Assembly (NCBI GenBank): GCA_964234715.1
Contig: OZ174278.1
DNA length: 64,000 bases
From: Podarcis melisellensis
Taxonomy: Eukaryota
Reading direction: 5' to 3' (one strand)
The stretch's first letter is position 1, and the number at the start of each line of letters is the position of its first letter. The notes under the pieces were generated by a model. It was given only the letters and a program-made list of their open reading frames with translations. It was not told the DNA's origin and did no database searches. The translations under genes were made by a program, and so were the position numbers. Shown here one piece after another: positions 11,073-53,640 of the stretch.

Positions 11073-12698
11073 ATGAAGCAGAATCTGGTTATGCCGGTGG
11101 TGAAGTCAGAAGGCGGGGAAGACTATGCTGGGGCTACCGTCATTGAACCTCTGAAAGGCTATTACGACGTGCCCATAGCGACCTTGGACTTCTCCTCCCT
11201 GTACCCTTCCATCATGATGGCTCACAACCTGTGCTATACCACGCTGCTGCAACAGGGGGCGGTTGATCGCTATGGGCTTTCGGCAGAGCAGTTCATCCGC
11301 ACCCCGACTGGGGACCACTTTGTGAAGGAGTCCGTCCGCAAAGGGCTGCTGCCTGAGATCTTGGAGAATCTCCTGGCTGCCCGCAAGAGGGCCAAAGGAG
11401 AGCTGAAGCGGGAGACTGACCCATTCAAGCGCCAAGTGCTGGACGGACGGCAGCTGGCGCTCAAGGTCAGCGCCAACTCTGTGTATGGCTTCACTGGCGC
11501 CCAGGTGGGCAAACTGCCTTGCCTTGAGATCTCTCAGAGCGTGACTGGGTTTGGGCGTCAGATGATTGAGAAGACGAAGCAGCTGGTGGAATCCAAGTAC
11601 ACAATCGCCAACGGTTACAGTTCTGACGCCAAGGTAGTATACGGGGACACAGACTCCGTCATGTGCCGCTTGGGTGTGCCGTCAGTCGCCGAGGCCATGG
11701 AGATAGGCAGGGACGCAGCTGCCTGGGTCTCCAGCCATTTCATTCCCCCCATCAAGCTAGAGTTTGAGAAGGTGTACGTCCCCTATCTCCTGATCAACAA
11801 GAAACGCTATGCTGGCCTCTATTTCTCTTCCAACCCTGACACCCACGACAAGATGGACTGTAAGGGCATCGAGACCGTGCGCCGAGACAACTGCCCCCTA
11901 GTGGCAAACCTCATCAACACCTGCCTACAGAAGCTGCTCATAGATAGGGACCCTACAGGTGCCGTGGCCCATGCCAAGGAGGTGATCTCCGACCTGCTTT
12001 GCAACAGAGTCGACATCTCACAGCTGGTGATCACCAAGGAACTGACACGTACAGCAGATGAATACACAGGCCGCCAGGCTCATGTGGAGCTGGCCGAGCG
12101 GATGCATCGACGGGATCCCGGCAGCGCTCCCAACCTGGGGGACCGGGTTCCATACGTCATTATCGGCGCTGCCAAAGGCGTAGCAGCTTACATGAAATCT
12201 GAAGATCCCATCTACGTGCTGGAGAATAACCTGCCCATCGACACGCAGTACTACCTAGAGCAGCAGCTTGCCAAGCCCCTCTTGCGCATCTTCGAGCCCA
12301 TCTTGGGAGAGGGCAAGGCGCAGAACGTCTTGCTGAAGGGGGAACACACTCGCTGCAAAACAGTCCTGACAGCCAAAGTCGGAGGGCTCATGGCGTTTGC
12401 TACCAAACGGAGCACCTGCATCGGTTGCCGGGCTGTGCTCAACCACCATGGTGCTGTGTGCAAGTTTTGCCTGGGCCGCCAGTCTGAGCTTTACCAGAAG
12501 GAGGTGACCCATCTGAGCTCTCTGGAGGAGAAGTTCTCGCGTTTGTGGACGCAGTGCCAGCGGTGCCAAGGGAGCCTGCATGAGGATGTGCTGTGTACCA
12601 GCCGTGACTGCCCCATCTTTTACATGAGGAAGAAAGTGCAGAAGGACCTTGATGACCAGGAAGTGCTGATCTCACGCTTTGGCCCTCCCACGTGGTGA
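11073..12698 (+). CDS. POLD1: POLD1 retrocopy ORF B (541 aa): B-family polymerase domain plus CysA/CysB; translation unproven
   Basis: Same frame as ORF A. Motif [12 protein letters not shown], motif [10 protein letters not shown], motif C YGDTDS, KKRYAG, CIGC..CKFC and CQRC..C..C are all present. Confidence 0.45.
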   Translation: MKQNLVMPVVKSEGGEDYAGATVIEPLKGYYDVPIATLDFSSLYPSIMMAHNLCYTTLLQQGAVDRYGLSAEQFIRTPTGDHFVKESVRKGLLPEILENLLAARKRAKGELKRETDPFKRQVLDGRQLALKVSANSVYGFTGAQVGKLPCLEISQSVTGFGRQMIEKTKQLVESKYTIANGYSSDAKVVYGDTDSVMCRLGVPSVAEAMEIGRDAAAWVSSHFIPPIKLEFEKVYVPYLLINKKRYAGLYFSSNPDTHDKMDCKGIETVRRDNCPLVANLINTCLQKLLIDRDPTGAVAHAKEVISDLLCNRVDISQLVITKELTRTADEYTGRQAHVELAERMHRRDPGSAPNLGDRVPYVIIGAAKGVAAYMKSEDPIYVLENNLPIDTQYYLEQQLAKPLLRIFEPILGEGKAQNVLLKGEHTRCKTVLTAKVGGLMAFATKRSTCIGCRAVLNHHGAVCKFCLGRQSELYQKEVTHLSSLEEKFSRLWTQCQRCQGSLHEDVLCTSRDCPIFYMRKKVQKDLDDQEVLISRFGPPTW

Positions 12699-12897
12699 TA
12701 TGTCTTTGCCTTCCGTTCATCCGACTGAAACCCACCACCACCCATTATTCCCTTTTAAAGGCGCAGCAAGGCCCGTTTATGCTGCAGGGGAAATTGCTCC
12801 CTCCCCTTGCCCAGTTCTGCTCTGGGCATCGCTTCTGTTGCCAGGAAAAGCTCCCTGGAGATGATTGCGGGGGCTATGTTTTGTATGAATTTCTACC

Positions 12898-12903
12898 AAT
12901 AAA
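12898..12903 (+). terminator. Polyadenylation signal inherited from POLD1 mRNA
   Basis: AATAAA 15 nt upstream of the A-tail start at 12919. Confidence 0.9.
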
Positions 12904-12936
12904 GATTTCTTTTTTTCTAAAAACAAAACAAAACAA

Positions 12937-12951
12937 AACAATAGAGCTATC
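12937..12951 (+). repeat. 3' target-site duplication of POLD1 retrocopy
   Basis: AACAATAGAGCTATC directly after the A/(AAAAC)n tail. Confidence 0.95.
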
Positions 12952-13334
12952 AATTTTTGCTGTTTCTTATGACATAACCTCAACAGTTTTATGAAACAAC
13001 TGCATTGAATATGGCTATATTTCACCTTTTAAAGTGCAGTAACTTCCCTTACTGAAGATTTTTGAATCTACATAAACAATTTATCAAATTTAATATACAT
13101 CTTTTGTTTTTATTTAAATACCTTAAAATGTACCCAAGAAGTGGCATTATTATTTAGCAAATGTTTTCTAAAGCACTGTTTAATTGTGGTATGAATGTGG
13201 TCTTAAAAATAAGAAAACATGGGACACATGTTGCTTTTTGAATTTTTGAAATTCAGGCCTTCATTTTCCTTTCAAACAAGAGAATTCTTAGGTATATTTT
13301 GCTTAGTTTACCCCCTGTTTTATTTCATTGAAAG

Positions 13335-46404
<33,070 letters not shown>

Positions 46405-47111
46405 CAGTGTGGAAAACCTTGCAGAAAGCCTGCCCTTCTGAAGTTTGTGAGTGTGAACTTGAGAGCTAACATGCAAGTGCAACACTGCGTGCAAGAGAGA
46501 GATTATTCTCAAGACATTTTCAAAGAGTAGAGTTCCAGCAGTTTTTCAGGGTGGAGAAACTGCTCCTTTCAAGACATAAGTGGATTTGATCTTCTGTATT
46601 TTTGCTAGCCATACTTTTTTGAATCAGGGTTGAACTGACAAATAATTTAAAGAAGTTTACTTCCCATAAACTTTTAATCTGTGAAATGCATTTTCATGTT
46701 TACAAGGTGGTGAGTGACCATTTTCAAGCTGATAGTCCTCCTTTGTTCTTGTTCATATTTTCTACTCTTGTGTAGCATTTCCAGCTGTTTTTGTACTGAC
46801 TTGCCCCATCAACCATAAGTCACTTATTTCTTCTCTCCATTTTTTCTTTTAAAGAAGCTTTAATCTCTTTTTTTTTCCTTTTTCTTTTCTTTTGCATTTT
46901 AGCATCAAGCAAATGCAAGGGAAAATGTGGCCTTCACTACTGATTTTTCCCTACTGTTGTATCTTTGCTATTTAGAGAGAGAAAATTGAATGTGTAATAC
47001 ATTGTTTTGTCTTTGGTCTGCCTCTTGGAGGGCATTTTGACTGCAACAGTGGGCAGCTTTTCTTTGACATATGGCCGATAACTTTCAAGGTCTAGATGGC
47101 TTCAATTTTAA

Positions 47112-47138
47112 AATAAATTAAACGTTCACAATATTAAA
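47112..47138 (+). terminator. Candidate proximal CBLB polyadenylation signal cluster
   Basis: AATAAA 47112-47117 overlapping ATTAAA, with a second ATTAAA at 47133-47138, about 700 nt after the stop codon. Confidence 0.45.
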
Positions 47139-49113
47139 TTGCATTATATGATAGTTTCCCTGAAATGTAAATTGTACGTGGAACATTCCATGATGAGCTT
47201 GATGAAAGGTGCCCATGTTCATGCCTTGAATATTATCAGGCATGCCAAATAGATCCATTGTGTCGAGTTATATTAGCAGTGACCAGGTAGACCAGGTGGG
47301 ATCAGTTAATTTCCTGTGTGAAGAATTATTTGCTGATTCATCACAGCTTTGGGGACAAGTTCATATTAACACAGGTACTTTGAATCTTTGCACTGTTGAA
47401 TCCAAATGCAATTATTGTGGCACTATTTCTTCGAAGCTCACATTATTACCTTAAAAGCACATTCAGTGCCAAGATCAACCAATTGAGCAAGATTTTCCTT
47501 TTTGGAGATACCTTAAATATGTTTGCCTTGAGTTCCTAGTGGTGCCCCACACTGTGACGTTCCAAAGCACAGGCTAAATCAAGACCTTCAACTTCTTAAA
47601 TGAAGTGTTATTGGTAAGTTCCAGAAAAAAATCCACATGTCCTCTCATTCTTCCTTCTCTACTCAACATTGAAGTCTCCCCCTTTACTTTCACATAAACT
47701 CCCTGACATTGTTTAGCCGGAATGACAGGTGGTCCAAATGAATTCAAGCTTTGAGATGGGGAAAATGCTTATCGTCTATTGCTCATGCAGCTGTTGTGAA
47801 GAATACAGTCTGAATACACTGACTGCTCTGATACCACAATTGTGTTCAGAGCAGGAATGAGGAAGGTGTGGCTACACAAATGTTGCTGGACTGCAACTCC
47901 TTTCCTCCGTAATTGTTGGTCAAGTTGGCTTCGCCTTATGGAAGCTGGAGTTCAACAACATCTACAGCGAGGGGTGGGGATCATTTTTCAACCCAAGGCC
48001 TACATTCTCTTGTGAGGAACCTTCTGGGATCCGCATACTTCTGAAGAGTGGGACAGCAGCAAAAGTGGTGAAGCAATGGATGCGACTCTTACCTTTGAAT
48101 AATAGGCTACATTTCAGCCATGCAGACAGAAATTTAAGTACACATCTGCATCCTTGATCAAGGCAAGCATGACATGGTCACTGTTGAAGGCTACATTCCA
48201 GATGAGCACAAGCACTCAAGGAAGGCATGGAGCAGGTCCAGTGAGGAATGTGGTCTAAGGAAGGAAGGGTCCAGGGAGTGTCCCAAAGCCAGACAGAGGC
48301 CTGAGGGTTCCTCACTCCTTTTCTAGATGTTCATAGGTTCCTTGCCCCTGGTTTAGAGCCAATATAAGGCACCCATCTCTTCAGCCCTACCACCATATGT
48401 GACATGTCCAACATCACCTGGCCTAGTGGTTCAACATCCAATGAAGCTGTTGTGACTTTATAAAAACAGATACAATCATTCAGAGGAACTCCTGTTCCTA
48501 ATTGAATATAGACTAGTGGAAAAAAGTACTGCAAGGAGGGAATCAGGAACCAGGTCTCCAAAATTAAGGCTGTGATCCAATTTCCAGAAATCAGATTAGG
48601 CAAGACATCTCAGTTTGTGGTGCACATCCTCAGCCCTTTCCCTTGGGCCAGTTTTGAGAAGGTCTTTCACCTAGCAACCCATTGTCGCAACACTACTTGA
48701 TTTGATTTTGGCACTCTAGCTCATTTACGGTGACAAATTTTAAATATAATTTATATTGGAATTCCAATTTTTCATATCCTATATTCTTTCATAAAGATCT
48801 GAACATATGACATACCCACTTCTAAACTGTTCAAATTGTAATTCTGTGCAATCATACTTGGCTATCTCTTTGGTCCTCATGGAGAGACTTTTGGATAAGT
48901 TCCAAAAAGGATCATTAAGACTGGTTTTGAGCCTTCTAATTCATAAGAACCTTGTTGATGTGCTGCTAAGTTAAAAAGCTGCAATTTTCCTACAGAAAAC
49001 ACAAGTTATATTCTGCCATTTTAAAAGATTAATATATTATAAAGAGGGAAAGGACTACTTGTCATAGCACAAGACCTTCAATTGCAGTAGAGACGATTGT
49101 TTTTAGCAGAGGT

Positions 49114-49468
49114 CAGTGGGTCCCAAACTGTTTGGGGGCACCACCCTCTGGGTTCCATAAACTCAGCCCCAGTGCCCTTCTACCCTACCTTATAAAAAGT
49201 ATTATTCAAATAGTGGTATGTACAACCCACAAAGGAAGAGAATAATACAATAAAATTCAAAACAGTAACGATTAATTGCACATTTATTCACAATCCAATT
49301 AAATTATTTAAAGTAAAAAAATTTTTTTTATGCATTTGATCCAGTGATGCCTGCTTTTCAAAGTCTGACAGTCATTTACACCTTCAGCATCCCCTTGCCT
49401 CTTAATGCCCACGCTAGGTAATTCCACCATTCATTCGCGGGCAGTACTGGCCACTTTGGGAACCACTG
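49114..49468. mobile_element. hAT (Charlie-like) non-autonomous element
   Basis: Termini CAGTGGGTCCCAAACT / ACTTTGGGAACCACTG. Confidence 0.6.
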
Positions 49469-49592
49469 GTATGGGTATTTAGGAAAAGCACTAATTCTAC
49501 TCTCCTAAAGTGCGCAGTGGGGTGTTTTGTGTTACTGGGATGACTCCAGTAGATGAAGGCTTGTGAAAGAATGTGTCAACATACTCATAAAC

Positions 49593-49728
49593 CAGGCTTC
49601 CTCAAACTCGGCCCTCCAGATGTTTTGAGACTACAACTCCCATCATCCCTGACCACTGGTCCTGCTAGCTAGGGATCATGGGAGTTGTAGGCCAAAAACA
49701 TCTGGAGGGCCAAGGTTGAGGAAGCCTG
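49593..49728. mobile_element. hAT-type palindromic MITE
   Basis: CAGGCTTCCTCAA...TTGAGGAAGCCTG with 8-bp TSD TCATAAAC. Confidence 0.9.
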
Positions 49729-51646
49729 TCATAAACTGTCCCAAGTCTGGATCTAATGAGTCTAGGATTCATAAAGTCTTTGAAGAGGTTACAAGGCCAT
49801 CATATCCCAGTGAAGAATGTCCACATTAATGCCTACCCAATCTAAGTCATCCCATGGATGACAGAATGGTCCTGAAAAGCATTCTTAATACTATAGCCAT
49901 GCAAAATTAGCTCTCTGATGGTTTGGTTCTTGCTCATGAATTAGCAGAATAATATGGCAAGAGTTCTGTTCTGAACAAGGTCTTTACATTACCACAGAAA
50001 AAGGGCTTGTTCATACAAATGTTCACACATATTTAAGCACACTGTTGTGTTTGGTAGCACATAATTCTCAATGAATCAATTTCAGAGGTATTTAAGCTAC
50101 TCAGAATGGTGGTCCTGTTCCTACATCCAAGACTCACTCAAGAGCTTTAATTAATCATTTCAACATAGTGTCAGCTTTCTGCTAAAGAATTCTAAAATTG
50201 CTGACTCAGATGATGGGGCACATCGACAATGCAGACAATATGTAATGCAAGCAAACTCAACGTCTCTTAAATGAGCTGCCGTTTTAGTGCTTGATCAGTG
50301 TCCTCAAATAGCCAACTAGTCTTGTGCCAGGTTTGCTTAAATCCCATGTGTGTGCTTGAGGATTTTTCATAATGTGAATTTATTTGTACCAGAATCATAT
50401 TTCCAGCTTGAAGCTTTACTTTGCACTGACCTGGTAAATATTTTAATTTGTGTCTTAAAAGCTTGACAAACTTGGAAGCAGATAAGTGTGTTTTTAATCA
50501 GGTACTGCCTGTTGACCTGAAACGTAGTGCTTCTAGGACTGGTTTCTTGAAAGGACTGCAATAGTTTTCATTTTTGAAGGTTTATCTTCTAAATAACTAT
50601 TTTATCTGAAAAAAGCCTTTTTATAAACTTGTCTAACGTGGCAAACATAGTGATGTGATCAATTCCTATTTTATTCAACATTCTTTTTTCAATTCTGAAT
50701 ATTATGTAACCTCAAATTACTTTATCTGTTCTTGTAAGGTATTTTATAAAAATGTTAACAGAATCATACATTTTCTTGGAGTGTGTTTATTGTTTTACCC
50801 AAGCATCGTGTCATTTCCACAGTTAACCTGCAAATGGATGGATTTGATATTATTTATATGGACTTGTGAAGATGAACAGTTTTTAAATAATATGTTGATA
50901 TCCAGGAAACTTCTGTACCACTGGACTTAATAATCATGTTCTCAAGTTCATGTGTGTGTGTGTTTGCATAACAATTGTGAGTTACCATTGGTCTTACATA
51001 GGAATTGGGTTCCTGTTATAGTTAAAGTTTCTGTTATGTTGAGTAAATACACCATTTAGATAATAGGTTCCTTAAAAAAAATGGTCAGACTCCAAAGAGC
51101 GATGATAGACATACTTGAGGACTTCACATCATGGCATTTCTGCCTTTAAACACCAGACCACCATTCCATAACCCAAGACTACTTTTAAAAGGCATATCAG
51201 TTTCAAAAGTGTCCTTTGTGGCATGGTGGCCTATTTGAGAAACTCAAGTTTGATGAGCAAAATAGGATTTGTTTTGTTTTATAAGGTATGTAACAATAGT
51301 ATGTTATATTGTGTCTGGGACTACCTCATAAATTGTCTAGTGACAACTATATATAGAATAACTAGGTTCTTTCTCTGAGAATGGGATCACTGATGAGATA
51401 CAATTGTTTTATTCTCTTCTATTATCTGGTTCCTCCAGCATCGTAGCACTTCACTTTCTCTGTCCGAATCCTTGTAGGGATGTGATCTGTGTGTGTGGAC
51501 TTCTTGCCCAGCCTAAATCACTTCGTATCTTTTTAGTCCCTGTCTTGGTGGCTGGCATTTCAGTTTTCTTAAGGAAAAGCTAGCACTCATTCTGGTCTCA
51601 TCTTCGAAAGAGGTGTCCACTAGATAGCACTCTTAACACATACTAC

Positions 51647-51734
51647 TTTTGGCTTAGAAGAGAGTTGGGCATTTCATCTTCTGTTACCAATTTTGGCTTA
51701 GAAGAGAGTTGGGCATTTCATCTTCTGTTACCAA
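51647..51734 (+). repeat. Perfect 44-bp tandem duplication
   Basis: TTTTGGCTTAGAAGAGAGTTGGGCATTTCATCTTCTGTTACCAA x2. Confidence 0.95.
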
Positions 51735-52499
51735 TTAAAAGTTGAGTTGTAATAATACTATGAAGCTATGGAAACAAGTATTTGAAACAACTCAGTTCAT
51801 GGTTTTCAAGAACCCAATGTAATACAGAAATCAGATCCATTCTCTTAAGTTAGAATAAACTGCTAAGTCCTAATGCAAGATAAAGGGTTCTGCTGAAGCA
51901 AGGGTACTTAAGTGATGGGGAACGATAAGCAATCATTTTGAAAAAGAATTGCATAATGCTCCTTTTGACAACACTTTTGAGAATGCTATGGAGCCTATGG
52001 GAGGCTATCAGTTGATATGGATGATGATTAATGTACCAGGTGGAAAGCTGGCAACTTATTCTTTAAACAAGTTACTGTAACTCATGGTTGTTACTGAAAC
52101 GTGGGGCTTTCATGAGCCCACGGTAAAAATAACATTGATAGCCCCAAACTCCATTCTTAAAGCAACTGTATACTATCCCTTGTTAGATTTGTTTGTAACA
52201 TTTGTCATGGGCTGCAATGTGAACTTTCTCCATAAAATGGCAGGTCAATGGTTGGCAGCTCTCATCCACAACAGCCAACATGAGGAGCTGCCAGTGGTGC
52301 AGTTGTTGGAATCAGACTGAAGAAGTCATTTTTAATCCAGCAGATTTTCAAATGTGCCCCATGTATGATGTCCGTCATACAGGGAAATGTGGCTATCCAC
52401 AACAATCAAATCAGAATGATCCGCAATAAAACAAGAATTGTTGTCTAACATAAGCATTTCCCCCACTCATGCTTTCAAGGGTAGGTATTAGACCAAATG

Positions 52500-53640
52500 G
52501 AAAATCAATAGACTCTGAAGACTATTAGGTTGTCATGTATTAAGATGATTGAATGCACATTTATCTTTCATAGGCCACTGTAGTTGGGCCAGCTGAAGGG
52601 TGTCCATGTTCTTTGCTCTCAGGACCTGTCGGACTGTCCTCCAAATCTTGGCTGTGTGCTTTGCATGAAGGCTAACCATGCCCTACTTGGTGTCTATCAC
52701 TGCTGCCCAGTGCACCATGATCTGTGCTGAGTCCCCCCCCCCCCATGTTCACCACAAAGCTGTGGTTTTGTAGACAGATTAGGGTCTCTGTTATATCACT
52801 TGCAAGTTGTTGAAGAGAGTCTGAGCAGATGTCCACACAAATACCGATTGACCCTCTTGCGATCCAAGATGGCCTTCCATTTTTACGCCTTCTTTGGAAC
52901 CATTAACAAAATAGAGTAGCAGCCAGATTCCCTCTGTGGTTCTGCCACATGCTCCGTTGCCCTGATATCCAGCAAACACAGGAGTGCCTGAAGCATCAGG
53001 AGCAAAGGGGGGGAAATGGGGAAGGAGTAGCTGGTCAAACTCTATCCTGTAACCCTGCTGGATGATGCTGAGCAACCACCGGTATGTAGTTGTGGCCTCC
53101 AGTAACTGAGGAAGTGCTACAGCTTCCCCCCTTCCCTGGAAGCTGGTCAGAGTCAGGCTGTTGCTGCCTCTTGTTGTAACTATCTTAAGGCCTGTTGAAG
53201 AAGGAGTTCTGGTTATTCTGGTTTCTGTTTGAGAAGAACCCCACCTGCCCGCCCAGAGGACTTCTAGGCCTTGTTGTTGAAGGAGACTTTGTTGGCACCA
53301 AAGGAGGAATAATTTCCCTTCTTACCCTTTCTCTCAATCCTTTCTTCAGAATTAACATGGTCTCTGTCAGGGTGTCTTCCAGCCCCTCCCCAAATAGCTT
53401 GTCTCCTTCGAAGGGGTCACTGGCCAGAATGGCGTTGGCATCTGCCTGCCATTGTTTAAGCCAGAGCTGTCTGCACACTGCCATGGACCTTGCTGAGAAT
53501 GGGTGGTGGCAACCAACGCAGGACCCCCTTCTTCCCTATGGAGAAGGAGCTTATCACAGTAAGTACCAAAATGCACTTGCCTCTGATGAGGCACTAAGTC
53601 TCAGTGAATCCAAAATTTGCAACTTAGCCTGGATGTAGAT
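52500..53640 (-). mobile_element. Decayed DIRS-type (tyrosine recombinase) retrotransposon, gag-like and RT start
   Basis: Minus-strand peptides RQLWLKQWQADA...PFEGDKLFGEGL (DIRS ORF1-like) followed by LSIIQQGYRIEF (DIRS RT N-terminus-like); frameshifted. Confidence 0.75.

Larger units (their letters stand above)
9323..12936 (+). pseudogene. POLD1: Full-length processed retrocopy of POLD1 with one internal nonsense codon, nested in CBLB intron
   Basis: Intronless. ATG 9369 to TGA 12696-12698 is 1110 codons in one frame, interrupted only by TAG 11055-11057 (VVS*LLRQAM; orthologues read VVSQLLRQAM). AATAAA 12898-12903, A-rich tail from 12919, 15-bp direct repeat AACAATAGAGCTATC on both flanks. 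Confidence 0.96.

Noticed and set aside
9222-12698. Viral or Polinton/Maverick B-family polymerase, or horizontally acquired gene
   Set aside because: The protein is typical vertebrate POLD1 with CysA/CysB, UTRs, a poly(A) tail and TSD; there are no TIRs or viral neighbours.
51647-51734. CRISPR-like repeat array
   Set aside because: Two adjacent copies with no spacer, in eukaryotic DNA.
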